Assembly (NCBI GenBank): GCA_031372905.1
Contig: JANMMD010000146.1
Location: 5,326 to 69,325, forward strand
Direction of reading: 5' to 3'
From: Betaproteobacteria bacterium
GTDB taxonomy: Bacteria; Pseudomonadota; Gammaproteobacteria; Burkholderiales; Burkholderiaceae_C
DNA: 64,000 nucleotides
How positions within the stretch are numbered: the stretch's first letter is position 1; every line of letters starts with the position of its first letter. Both the position numbers and the translations under genes were made by a program. Below, piece after piece: positions 1 through 8,185 of the stretch. The notes beneath the pieces are model-generated. The model worked only from the letters and a program-made list of their open reading frames with translations, did no database searches and was not told the origin of the DNA.

Positions 1-216
1 GACCGCGCGGTCACGCGCCTGCAGGTCGCGCCGCAGGTAAGACGCCGGCAGGCCGGCTTCGACGCTGAGGCGGATCTCGCCGCTGTGCTGCGCCTCGCTG
101 GCCGCCACCTGCGCCTGCAGGCGGGCCAGCGCATCGGGCCCGAGCACACGGCGCAGGTCACGCGTGCCCAGACGGCCGTGCCGGAACATGCGGGTGACGC
201 GCTCGAACATGGCCAT
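1..216 (-). CDS. TPM domain-containing protein, N-terminal 72 codons only (gene runs off the window start)
   Basis: Not in the ORF track. Reverse translation from ATG 216..214 gives MAMFERVTRMFRHGRLGTRDLRRVLGPDALARLQAQVAASEAQHSGEIRLSVEAGLPASYLRRDLQARDRAV, open to base 1. Its ATG overlaps the TGA of the upstream TPM gene (ATGA). Its position as third gene after lemA and a TPM gene matches the conserved lemA-TPM-TPM arrangement. Confidence 0.6.
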   Translation of the reverse strand, partial: MAMFERVTRMFRHGRLGTRDLRRVLGPDALARLQAQVAASEAQHSGEIRLSVEAGLPASYLRRDLQARDRAV

Positions 217-1097
217 CACCACCGCCCGGAGGCGCCACCGCCCCCGAAATCGCCGCCGCCGCCCGACGAGAAGCCGCCACCACCGCCGCCACCGCCACCA
301 CCGCCACCGCCGCGTGCCATCAGCAAGAGCTGGATCACGTTGCCGACGCCGATCACGCCCACCACCAGCACGGCGGCCAGCGCCGCCAGCCCCGCCAGCA
401 GCAGGCCGGCGCCCAGCCACCATGCCGCGCCGCCGGCGGCCACGGCGGTGATCACCGAGCCCACGCTGCGGCCGAGTACGGCAGACAGCAGGCCACCGAC
501 CACCAGCACGCCGACGAACACCATCAGCCCGATCTGCTCCAGCGACTGCGGCCCGCGCGCGCCGCTGGCTGCGCTGCGCGACGTCGGCGCCGGCAGGCCT
601 TCACCGCGCACGCGCGCCATCAGGCGGTCGACCGCTGCGTTCAAGCCGCCGGCGTAATCGTTGTTGCGAAAGGCGGGCACCAGGGCCTGGTCGATGATCT
701 GGCGCGCAGCCAGGTCGGGGATGGCCCCTTCCAGCGCCTTGGCCACCTCAATGCGCACGGTGCGTTCGTTTTTCGCCACCACCAGCAGCACGCCGTCGCC
801 CACCGCGCGGCGGCCGATCTTCCAGACGTCGGCCACCCGCTGCGCATAGGCGGCAATGTCTTCCGGCGCGGTGGCCGGCACCAGCAGCAGCACGATCTGC
901 GGGCCGGCCTCTACCTCGAAGGCGGCCAGCTTGGCATCCAGCGCCTGCGCCTGCGCCGGGGTGAGGGTGGCCGTCTGGTCGATGACGCGGCCGCTGAGTG
1001 CCGGCACCGGCAGCACGTCCTGCGCTGCGGCCGCTGTCACGCCCAGCGCCGCCGCCAGCAGGGCGGCGGCCCACAGCCAGGCGCGAAGCACGCGCAT
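216..1097 (-). CDS. TPM domain protein (YgcG-like) with signal peptide, C-terminal TM helices and poly-Gly tail
   Basis: 293-aa ORF. Signal peptide MRVLRAWLWAAALLAAALGVTAAAAQ. TPM-like core (VIDQTATLTPAQAQALDAKLAAFE ... VLLVVAKNERTVRIEV). Hydrophobic segments are followed by 13 consecutive Gly. Lies directly downstream of lemA. Confidence 0.8.
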   Translation of the reverse strand: MRVLRAWLWAAALLAAALGVTAAAAQDVLPVPALSGRVIDQTATLTPAQAQALDAKLAAFEVEAGPQIVLLLVPATAPEDIAAYAQRVADVWKIGRRAVGDGVLLVVAKNERTVRIEVAKALEGAIPDLAARQIIDQALVPAFRNNDYAGGLNAAVDRLMARVRGEGLPAPTSRSAASGARGPQSLEQIGLMVFVGVLVVGGLLSAVLGRSVGSVITAVAAGGAAWWLGAGLLLAGLAALAAVLVVGVIGVGNVIQLLLMARGGGGGGGGGGGGGFSSGGGGDFGGGGASGRW

Positions 1098-1103
1098 GCG
1101 GGC

Positions 1104-1742
1104 TTACTTCGACGCGGCGGGCGCCGGTGCCGGCGCGGCGGGCTTGTTGAAGTCCACCGTCGGCGGCACGCTGATCTGGGCTTCGTTCTGCACCGCGAAG
1201 TTCGGCTTGACCTGGTAGCCCATCACCATCGCCGTCAGGTTGCTCGGAAAGCTGCGCGCCAGCACGTTGTAGTCCTGCACGGCCTTGACATAACGGCCGC
1301 GTGCGACAGTGATGCGGTTTTCGGTACCTTCCAGCTGCACACGCAGGTCCTGGAACCCCTGGTTGGCCTTCAGGTTGGGGTAGTTCTCGGTCACCACCAG
1401 CAGGCGGCTCAGCGCCCCGGAGAGTTCGCCCTGCGCGGCCTGGAATTTCTGGAAGGCCTCGGGGTTGTTCACGAGCTCGGGCGTGGCCTGGATGCCGGTG
1501 GCCTTGGCGCGCGCTTCCACCACCTTGGTCAGCGTTTCCTGCTCGAAGTTGGCTTCGCCCTTGACGGTGGCCACGATGTTGGGAATGAGGTCGCTGCGGC
1601 GCTGGTACTGGTTCAGCACCTCGCTCCAGGCCGACTTCACCTGCTCGTCCAGGCGCTGGAAGTCGTTGTAGCCGCAGCCACTCAAACCCAGGCTCAAGGC
1701 CAGCGTGGCCAGCAAGGCGTAAAGCCGATTTGTAATTTGCAT
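1104..1742 (-). CDS. lemA: LemA family lipoprotein
   Basis: 212-aa ORF. Lipobox LSGCGYN. Typical LemA core (NDFQRLDEQVKSAWSEVLNQYQRRSDLIPNIV ... TENYPNLKANQGFQDLRVQLEGTENRITVARGRYVKAVQDYN). Confidence 0.9.
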   Translation of the reverse strand: MQITNRLYALLATLALSLGLSGCGYNDFQRLDEQVKSAWSEVLNQYQRRSDLIPNIVATVKGEANFEQETLTKVVEARAKATGIQATPELVNNPEAFQKFQAAQGELSGALSRLLVVTENYPNLKANQGFQDLRVQLEGTENRITVARGRYVKAVQDYNVLARSFPSNLTAMVMGYQVKPNFAVQNEAQISVPPTVDFNKPAAPAPAPAASK

Positions 1743-1896
1743 GCGTCCTCCGTGGTGGGTGCGGCATCGCCCCCGCAGCGGCAGATGATGCCGCAGCGGG
1801 CATTTCTCAAGCCCTTTTCTGAGGCCTGCCTTTCAAGCCTGCCTGTTAAGCACCCGGCCCGAGTCGGTTTGCGGCCATGGCGTTCTAGCATCGGCC

Positions 1897-2718
1897 ATGC
1901 TGAACCCGAACACCGCGCTGGCCGGTGCGCTGCGCCCGATGCCTGCCGCAGCCGCCTCGCGCCGCCGCGCGCTGGTCTTGGGGGGCGGCGGTACGCTGGG
2001 GGCGGCCGTGCTGGAAGCGCTGTTGTCGAGCCACCGCTTCGAAGCCGTGGGGGTGCTCGTGGCCACACCGATGCGCCCGGCCTTGCGGGGCCTGCAGGCC
2101 GTGCCCGACAACGCCACGGCACCTGCGGCCTTCGCGCCCGACACGGCGCTCATCGTCTACGACCGCGAGCGCCACGCCAACGGCCGCGACGGCACCTTTG
2201 TGCGCCCGCAACCTGCCGGCCTGCTGGCGCAGGCGCAGGCGTTGATGCGTGCGGGCGCAACGCGCCTGATCGTGGTGGTGCCGCACGCGCCCTCATTGCT
2301 GCCGCAGGCGCTGAAAGCGGGCTTGGCCAACCTGGACGAAGGCGCCGTGGCGGCGATGGGCTACACGCAGCTCGTGTTCATGCGCATGGCGCAGACCGCC
2401 AGTGCGCCAGGGGGTGCGGGCGGGCACGGTAAGTCGCTGCCCGAGCGGCTGGCGGCCTGGATGCTGTCGCAACTGCGCTGGATGGTGCCGCAGCGTGAAC
2501 AGCCGGTGCGCAGCGACACCGTCGCGCGTGTGGCCGCGGCGCTGGCAGTGGCGCTGCCGCAGGCCCCGCCCGGCACGCGCGTGCTGCCGCCCGAGCTGCT
2601 GTGGCAGGCCGCGCAAAGCGCGCGTGCCGACGACCTCATCACCGCCTGGCTGGTGAGCCGCGAGCATGGGCGTGACGGCGAGCCTGAAGTCGCCACCAGC
2701 GACGACGCCTATCCCTGA
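1897..2718 (+). CDS. hypothetical protein, possibly NAD(P)-binding Rossmann-like
   Basis: 273-aa ORF in the only frame not antisense to a better gene. Gly-rich turn ALVLGGGGTLGAAVLEAL near the N-terminus. No other motif recognised. Confidence 0.5.
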   Translation: MLNPNTALAGALRPMPAAAASRRRALVLGGGGTLGAAVLEALLSSHRFEAVGVLVATPMRPALRGLQAVPDNATAPAAFAPDTALIVYDRERHANGRDGTFVRPQPAGLLAQAQALMRAGATRLIVVVPHAPSLLPQALKAGLANLDEGAVAAMGYTQLVFMRMAQTASAPGGAGGHGKSLPERLAAWMLSQLRWMVPQREQPVRSDTVARVAAALAVALPQAPPGTRVLPPELLWQAAQSARADDLITAWLVSREHGRDGEPEVATSDDAYP

Positions 2719-2763
2719 AACCCCGGGCCATGAGCCCACGATGGCGCCACTGATAATCGTTGG

Positions 2764-3858
2764 ATGACCGCTGCCATCCACAACGACACCTTCCTGCGCG
2801 CCTGCCTGCGCGAGCCCACGACCCACACGCCTGTCTGGCTGATGCGCCAGGCCGGCCGCTACCTGCCCGAGTACAAGGCCACGCGGGTGAAAGCCGGCAG
2901 CAGCTTCATGGGCCTGGCCACCAACCCGGCATTCGCCACCGAGGTGACGCTGCAGCCGCTGGAACGCTACCCGCTGGACGCCGCCATCCTGTTCAGCGAC
3001 ATCCTCACCGTGCCCGACGCCATGGGCCTGGGCCTGAGCTTCGGCGCCGGCGAAGGCCCGCGCTTCGCGCACCCGCTTCGCGACGAGGCCGCGGTGATGG
3101 CCTTGCAGGCGCCCGACCTGAACAAGCTGCGCTACGTCTTCGACGCCGTGAAGTCCATCCGCACGGCCCTGGCCGGCAAGGTGCCGCTGATCGGCTTCTC
3201 GGGCAGCCCCTGGACGCTGGCCAGCTATATGGTCGAAGGCCAGGGCAGCGACGACTACCGGCTCATCAAGACCATGCTCTACAGCCGGCCCGATCTGATG
3301 CACCGCATCCTGGCCATCAACGCCGAAGCCGTGACGGCCTACCTGAACGCGCAGATCGACGCCGGCGCGCAGGCCGTGATGGTGTTCGACAGCTGGGGCG
3401 GCGTGCTGGCCGACGGCGCCTTCCAGGAATTCAGCCTGAACTACACACGCGAGGTCGTGGCGGGTCTCAAGCGCGAGGCCGAGGGCCGGCGCGTGCCGGT
3501 GATCGTCTTCACCAAGGGCGGCGGCTTGTGGCTGGAAGAGATCGCCGCGGCCGGGGCCGACGTGGTGGGCCTGGACTGGACGATGAACCTGGGCGCGGCG
3601 CGCGCCCGCGTCGGCCACCAGGTGGCGCTGCAGGGCAACCTCGACCCCAGCGTGCTGTTTGCGCCGCCCGAGGCGGTGGCGCGTGAAGGCGTGAAGGTGC
3701 TGGACAGCTTCGGCCGCCCGCAACGTGCTGACGGCCGTTGGGACGGCCATATCTTCAACCTCGGGCATGGCATCAGCCAGTTCACGCCGCCCGAACACGT
3801 CACAGCGCTGGTCGAGGCCGTGCACGCCCACTCGCGCAAGCAGCGCGCGCCGGCCTGA
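2764..3858 (+). CDS. hemE: uroporphyrinogen decarboxylase
   Basis: 364-aa ORF with the HemE signature [19 protein letters not shown] and [12 protein letters not shown]. Full-length family match by eye. Confidence 0.95.
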   Translation: MTAAIHNDTFLRACLREPTTHTPVWLMRQAGRYLPEYKATRVKAGSSFMGLATNPAFATEVTLQPLERYPLDAAILFSDILTVPDAMGLGLSFGAGEGPRFAHPLRDEAAVMALQAPDLNKLRYVFDAVKSIRTALAGKVPLIGFSGSPWTLASYMVEGQGSDDYRLIKTMLYSRPDLMHRILAINAEAVTAYLNAQIDAGAQAVMVFDSWGGVLADGAFQEFSLNYTREVVAGLKREAEGRRVPVIVFTKGGGLWLEEIAAAGADVVGLDWTMNLGAARARVGHQVALQGNLDPSVLFAPPEAVAREGVKVLDSFGRPQRADGRWDGHIFNLGHGISQFTPPEHVTALVEAVHAHSRKQRAPA

Positions 3859-3862
3859 ACGT

Positions 3863-3945
3863 GTGAGTGAGTGCTCAGCGGCAGTCGGCACATCGCCGCT
3901 GGCGCTGCACCGCAGCACACAAAAGTGGGGTGAGTGAGTGCTCAG
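3863..3945 (+). repeat. pair of identical 16-bp direct repeats GTGAGTGAGTGCTCAG (3863-3878 and 3930-3945)
   Basis: Read directly. The first copy starts 5 nt after the hemE stop and the copies are 67 bp apart start to start. Confidence 0.9.
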
Positions 3946-3953
3946 GGCTTGAC

Positions 3954-3962
3954 TTATCCCCA
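3954..3962 (+). promoter_or_regulatory. DnaA-box-like 9-mer TTATCCCCA (8/9 match to TTATCCACA)
   Basis: Read directly in the hemE-priA spacer. Confidence 0.35.
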
Positions 3963-4110
3963 AATTCCAGCCTTGCTCTTCGCATCACGGAGCTGCAGCG
4001 CCGGCCTGCGAGAAATGCCCCAGGTTTCGTGCTAAGTCGTTGATTCTTATGAATTCACACGCTTGCCACCAAAACGGGCAAAGGGCGCCGGAGGCAAGCA
4101 GAATCAAGCA

Positions 4111-4135
4111 CTTGGCGCAGCTTGGCGCAGCTTCC
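4111..4135 (+). repeat. tandem 10-bp repeat CTTGGCGCAG x2 plus partial third unit
   Basis: cttggcgcag cttggcgcag cttcc, read directly, 9 nt upstream of the perfect DnaA box. Confidence 0.85.
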
Positions 4136-4143
4136 CCACAAAC

Positions 4144-4152
4144 TTATCCACA
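4144..4152 (+). promoter_or_regulatory. perfect consensus DnaA box TTATCCACA
   Basis: Exact 9/9 match to the E. coli-type consensus, about 100 nt upstream of the priA start. A weak inverted half-match (CGTGGACAG) lies at 4158-4166. Confidence 0.5.
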
Positions 4153-4248
4153 GATTTCGTGGACAGCCGGAAAAACCCTTTCTGATCATGCACTTGCAGC
4201 GCTTGCTTGAAGTTCGGATGAGCTTTCGCACGCAAGTGATGGGCTGCG

Positions 4249-6318
4249 GTGGCTGAAGGGGCGGGTTCGATCCCGGCGGCCTGCGTGGCGGTGGCCGTGG
4301 AAACCCCGCGCCACACCCGCGTCAGCGGTTTGCTGGACTACACCGCGGGGCAGCGCCTGGCGCCCGGCACGCTGGTGCGGGTGCCGCTGGGCCGGCGCGA
4401 CGTGCCCGGCCTGGTCTGGGAACGCTCGGCGGACGCCGACGCACCGCCGGCAGCGCTGCGCCCCGTCACCATCGCGCTCACTGCGCTGCCGCCGCTGGGC
4501 GCCGACTGGCGCGCGTTGGTGGAGTTCGCCGCGGCCTACTACCAGCGCGGGGTGGGTGAACTGGCGCTGGCAGTGCTGCCGCCCGAGCTGCGCAAGCTGG
4601 ACGACACCCAGCTGGAACGTCGCCTGAAACGCCTCCAGCGGCTGGCCGCCGCGGCGCCCGCTGCCGACGCATCGGCCGCCGCATCGGGCCCGGCCTTGCC
4701 AGCCCTCACCGCCGAGCAGGCCGCGGCGCTGGCCGCGCTGGCCACCGCGACAAAACCCATGCTGCTGCACGGCGTGACGGGCAGCGGCAAGACCGAGGTC
4801 TACCTGCGTGCCGCCGCCGACGCGCTGGCGCGCGGCCAGCAGGCGCTGGTGCTGGTGCCCGAGATCAACCTCACGCCGCAGCTGGAGGCGCGCTTTGCCG
4901 AGCGTTTTCCGGGCCGCGTGCTCGTCAGCCTGCACAGCGGGCTGACGCCGGCACAGCGCCTGCGCCACTGGCTGCTGGCGCACCTGGGGCAGGCCGACCT
5001 CGTGCTGGGCACGCGCCTGGCGGTGTTCGCGTCGATGCCGCGCCTGGCCCTGATCGTCGTCGACGAAGAACACGACCCCAGCTTCAAGCAGCAGGAAGGT
5101 GCGCGCTACTCGGCGCGCGACCTCGCCGTGTGGCGCGGCCACCGCGCCTGCGTGCCGGTGGTGCTGGGCTCGGCCACGCCGTCGCTGGAAAGCTGGCAGC
5201 GTGTGCAGGAAGGGCGCTACCTGCGCCTGCCGATGGACCAGCGCATCGGCGGCGGCGCGATGCCGCGTGTGCGCCTGGTGGACATGAACCTGTTGCCCAA
5301 GGGGAAAGAAGAACGGGTGCTCGCGCCGCCGCTGCTGGAGGCCATCGAGAAGCGCATTGCCGCCGGCGAGCAGAGCCTGCTGCTGCTGAACCGCCGCGGC
5401 TACGCCCCGGTGCTGCACTGTGGCGCCTGCGCCTGGAAGAGCGGCTGCCCGCACTGCAGCGCCTGGCGCGTCTTCCACAAGCTCGACCGCACGCTGAAGT
5501 GCCACCACTGCGGCTTCAGCGAGCGTGTGCCGCGCGCCTGCCCCGAGTGCGGCAACCTCGACATCGCACCGATCGGCCGCGGCACCGAGAAGCTGCAGGA
5601 ACAGCTCGCCGCCTTGCTGCCGCAGGCCCGCGTGGCGCGGCTGGACGCCGACACCACGCGCGCCGCAGGCAGCCTGCAACAGCAGCTGGCCGAGGTGCAT
5701 GCCGGCGAGGTGGACGTGCTGGTGGGCACGCAGATGCTGGCCAAGGGCCACGACTTCCGCCGCGTCACGCTGGTGGCGGCCGTCAACGCCGACGGCGCGC
5801 TGTTCAGCAGCGACTTCCGCGCGCCCGAACGTTTGTTCGCCCTCTTGATGCAGGCCGCCGGCCGCGCCGGCCGCGACGCCGCACAGGCCGCGCGCAGCGA
5901 GATGTGGGTGCAGACCTGGCACCCCACGCACCCGATCTACGCTGCGCTGCGCAAACACGACTACGAAGCCTTCGCCGCGACGCAGCTGGAAGAGCGCAAG
6001 GCCGCCGGCCTGCCGCCCTTCGCCAGCCTGGCACTGCTGCGCGCCGAGGCGCGCACGGCCGAGGCGGCGAGCGGGTTTCTGCAGGAGGCCGCCCGCTTGA
6101 TCGACGCTGAGCAAGCCGGTGTGACGATCTATCCGCCGGTGCCGCCGTTCGTGGCCAAGCTGGCCGATGTCGAGCGCATGCAGATGCTGCTGGAGTCGCC
6201 CTCTCGCGTGGCTTTGCAGCGCACACTGGCAGCCTGGTTGCCGCAGCTCAATGGACTGCGCGCCCGTCACAAGGGCTTGCTGCGCTGGGCCGTGGACATC
6301 GACCCGCTGGCCATCTGA
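4249..6318 (+). CDS. priA: primosomal replication restart helicase PriA
   Basis: 689-aa ORF. Walker A GVTGSGKT, DEEH box (VVDEEHD), and a Cys-rich zinc-binding insert (CGACAWKSGCPHCSAWRVFH ... CHHCG ... CPECG). The track start is a GTG, so the exact start is uncertain. Confidence 0.92.
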   Translation: MAEGAGSIPAACVAVAVETPRHTRVSGLLDYTAGQRLAPGTLVRVPLGRRDVPGLVWERSADADAPPAALRPVTIALTALPPLGADWRALVEFAAAYYQRGVGELALAVLPPELRKLDDTQLERRLKRLQRLAAAAPAADASAAASGPALPALTAEQAAALAALATATKPMLLHGVTGSGKTEVYLRAAADALARGQQALVLVPEINLTPQLEARFAERFPGRVLVSLHSGLTPAQRLRHWLLAHLGQADLVLGTRLAVFASMPRLALIVVDEEHDPSFKQQEGARYSARDLAVWRGHRACVPVVLGSATPSLESWQRVQEGRYLRLPMDQRIGGGAMPRVRLVDMNLLPKGKEERVLAPPLLEAIEKRIAAGEQSLLLLNRRGYAPVLHCGACAWKSGCPHCSAWRVFHKLDRTLKCHHCGFSERVPRACPECGNLDIAPIGRGTEKLQEQLAALLPQARVARLDADTTRAAGSLQQQLAEVHAGEVDVLVGTQMLAKGHDFRRVTLVAAVNADGALFSSDFRAPERLFALLMQAAGRAGRDAAQAARSEMWVQTWHPTHPIYAALRKHDYEAFAATQLEERKAAGLPPFASLALLRAEARTAEAASGFLQEAARLIDAEQAGVTIYPPVPPFVAKLADVERMQMLLESPSRVALQRTLAAWLPQLNGLRARHKGLLRWAVDIDPLAI

Positions 6319-6385
6319 GCGGCCCGGCCTGGTTGCGCCAGCGCCGGACTGCGGCACAAGCCGCCCTCACCGAAAGAGTCACCTG

Positions 6386-6739
6386 ATGAAGGTTTACGGC
6401 ATTCCCAACTGCGACACGGTCAAGCGCGCTCGCACGTGGCTGAACGAACACGACGTGGCGCACAGCTTTCACGACTTCAAGAAGCAAGGCCTGCCCGAAG
6501 ACCGGCTGCAGGCCTGGCTGCTCGCCGTAGGCTGGGAACGCGTGCTGAACCGCCGCGGCACCAGCTGGCGCGCGCTGGACGCCGCGACGCAGGCCGCGGT
6601 GCTGGACGCCGAGAGCGCGGCGGCGGTGATGCGCGCACAGCCCAGCGTGATCAAGCGCCCGGTGGTGGAATGGCCCGACGGCCGCGTCACCGTCGGCTTC
6701 GACGCCGACAAGTGGGCGCAGTCGCTGCCCGCCGGGTGA
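6386..6739 (+). CDS. ArsC/Spx-family reductase-like protein (YffB-type)
   Basis: The track ORF 6167..6739 was trimmed to ATG 6386, giving MKVYGIPNCDTVKRARTWLNEH..., the typical N-terminus and length (117 aa) of this family. Confidence 0.8.
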   Translation: MKVYGIPNCDTVKRARTWLNEHDVAHSFHDFKKQGLPEDRLQAWLLAVGWERVLNRRGTSWRALDAATQAAVLDAESAAAVMRAQPSVIKRPVVEWPDGRVTVGFDADKWAQSLPAG

Positions 6740-6763
6740 TCAGGCCGCGGTTCAGCCGGCTCT

Positions 6764-8095
6764 TCAGCCCGCCGGCTGCAACACCAGCACCAGGCCGGCG
6801 ACCGGCTGGCGCTGTTCTTCCCGCAGCACCAGCGGCCGCGCCTGGCGCACCACAAAACCGTGCGCGGCAGCCAGCGCGCGCAGGCCGGCTTCGCTGTGGG
6901 CGTAGCGCAGGTTGCGCTGCAGCACACAGGGCGCCGCGCCCTCCTGGTGTTCCACCGTGAAGGCGAACACGCCGCCCGCCGCCAGCACGCACGACACCGC
7001 CGCGAAGACGGGCCCCAGGTCGCCGATGTAGATGAAGACATCGGCAGCGACGATGAGATCGGTGCGATCGCCCCGGGCACCACGGGCCTGCAGGTGCTGC
7101 ACGAGTTCGGCCTCGAACACGGCGTCGTAGCCGCCGCTGGCACGCGCTAGTTCGACCATCGTGGGCGACAGATCCACCCCTTCCACACGGGTCGCCCGGG
7201 TGCGCAGCAAGGGGCCGCACAGGCCGCTGCCGCAACCCAGGTCCAGCGCCAGCGCCGCCGGGACGCTGTGCCAGGTGGCGGCCGCGTTCACCACGGCATG
7301 GTGGCCGCAGTAGCGCAGCTCATCGACCAGGTGCTGCTCGAAGCCTTCGGCGTAGGGGTCGAACAGGCCGCGCACGTAGTCGGGCGGTGCGGCGGCAGGC
7401 GCCGGGCCCTCGCCCACCGCGGCGCTGAAGTAGGCCAGCAAGGGTGCATCGCCGCCGGCCGCACGCGCCTGCTGCAGCGCCTGCTGCGCGGCCGCAGCGT
7501 CGCCGAGGTCCTTCAACAGCAGGCCCAGGTGCATCCAGGCCTCGGCGGCCTGCGGCGCCACTGCGACGGCGGCCTCGAAGGCCCGGCGGGCTTCGGGCAG
7601 GCGGCCCAGGGCCTGCCAGGTCTGGCCCAGCAACATCTGGGCACCGGCATGGCCGGGGTCTGCCTGCGTCAAGGCCTGCAGCACGGTCAGCGCCTCGTCA
7701 TGGCGGCCGAGGCGGTTCAGCACCACGGCGTGGTGATGGTGCGCCGCGGGCCCGCTGCCACCGAGCGCAAAGGCGCGCTGCAGGCTGGCCAGCGCTTCGG
7801 CTTCGCGGCCCAGCTCGCTGCAGGCCAGCGCGCGGTGGCACCAGGCATCGCTCTGCGTCGCGTCGGCGGCCAGGGTCTCGTCCAGCACCTGAAGGGCTTC
7901 GGGGGCACGCCCCAGGCGCAGCAGCACGGCGCCCAGGTTGACCAGCGTCGATGGCCGGCCAGGCAGCAAGGCCAGCGATGCGCGCAGCGCGACCTCGGCG
8001 CCAGCGGCATCGCCCGCCTCAAACAGCGCCACGCCTTGCAGGAAATGGGTGCGGGCGGCTTCGAAAGGGCTGGGGGTCATGGGCAACGCGGACAC
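6764..8095 (-). CDS. TPR-repeat protein fused to a class I SAM-dependent methyltransferase domain
   Basis: 443-aa ORF. The N-terminal half has several TPR-like units. The C-terminal half has SAM motif I LDLGCGSGLCG and the downstream acidic motif IVAADVFIY. Confidence 0.8.
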   Translation of the reverse strand: MSALPMTPSPFEAARTHFLQGVALFEAGDAAGAEVALRASLALLPGRPSTLVNLGAVLLRLGRAPEALQVLDETLAADATQSDAWCHRALACSELGREAEALASLQRAFALGGSGPAAHHHHAVVLNRLGRHDEALTVLQALTQADPGHAGAQMLLGQTWQALGRLPEARRAFEAAVAVAPQAAEAWMHLGLLLKDLGDAAAAQQALQQARAAGGDAPLLAYFSAAVGEGPAPAAAPPDYVRGLFDPYAEGFEQHLVDELRYCGHHAVVNAAATWHSVPAALALDLGCGSGLCGPLLRTRATRVEGVDLSPTMVELARASGGYDAVFEAELVQHLQARGARGDRTDLIVAADVFIYIGDLGPVFAAVSCVLAAGGVFAFTVEHQEGAAPCVLQRNLRYAHSEAGLRALAAAHGFVVRQARPLVLREEQRQPVAGLVLVLQPAG

Positions 8096-8104
8096 CGTCG
8101 ACGG

Positions 8105-8140
8105 GGCAATCGGCCAAGCAATCGGCCGAGCAATCGGCCG
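8105..8140. repeat. 12-bp tandem repeat GCAATCGGCC(A/G)(A/G) x3
   Basis: gcaatcggccaa gcaatcggccga gcaatcggccgg, read directly between the methyltransferase start and the comM stop. Confidence 0.85.
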
Positions 8141-8185
8141 GACGCCGCAGTGTAGGTGCGAGGCTGGGCAGCCTCGGGGCAGCGC

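Noticed and set aside
85-657. 190-aa plus-strand ORF with a long poly-Pro run.
   Set aside because: It is the antisense reading of the poly-Gly tail and TM region of the TPM/YgcG-like gene, whose own frame has a signal peptide and family core.
3859-4248. Possibility that the hemE-priA spacer is the chromosomal replication origin, by analogy with hemE-linked origins in alphaproteobacteria.
   Set aside because: There is only one perfect and one 8/9 DnaA box, no AT-rich 13-mer-type unwinding element that I can see, and no dnaA/dnaN/gyrB or parAB nearby. It is kept as a DnaA-box observation, not as an origin call.
4263-4274. tRNA T-arm-like sequence GGGTTCGATCCC. A second, GGTTCGAATCC, lies at 10297..10307.
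   Set aside because: No matching acceptor stem, D arm or anticodon arm can be drawn around either. Both lie inside well-supported coding sequence (priA, glnK).
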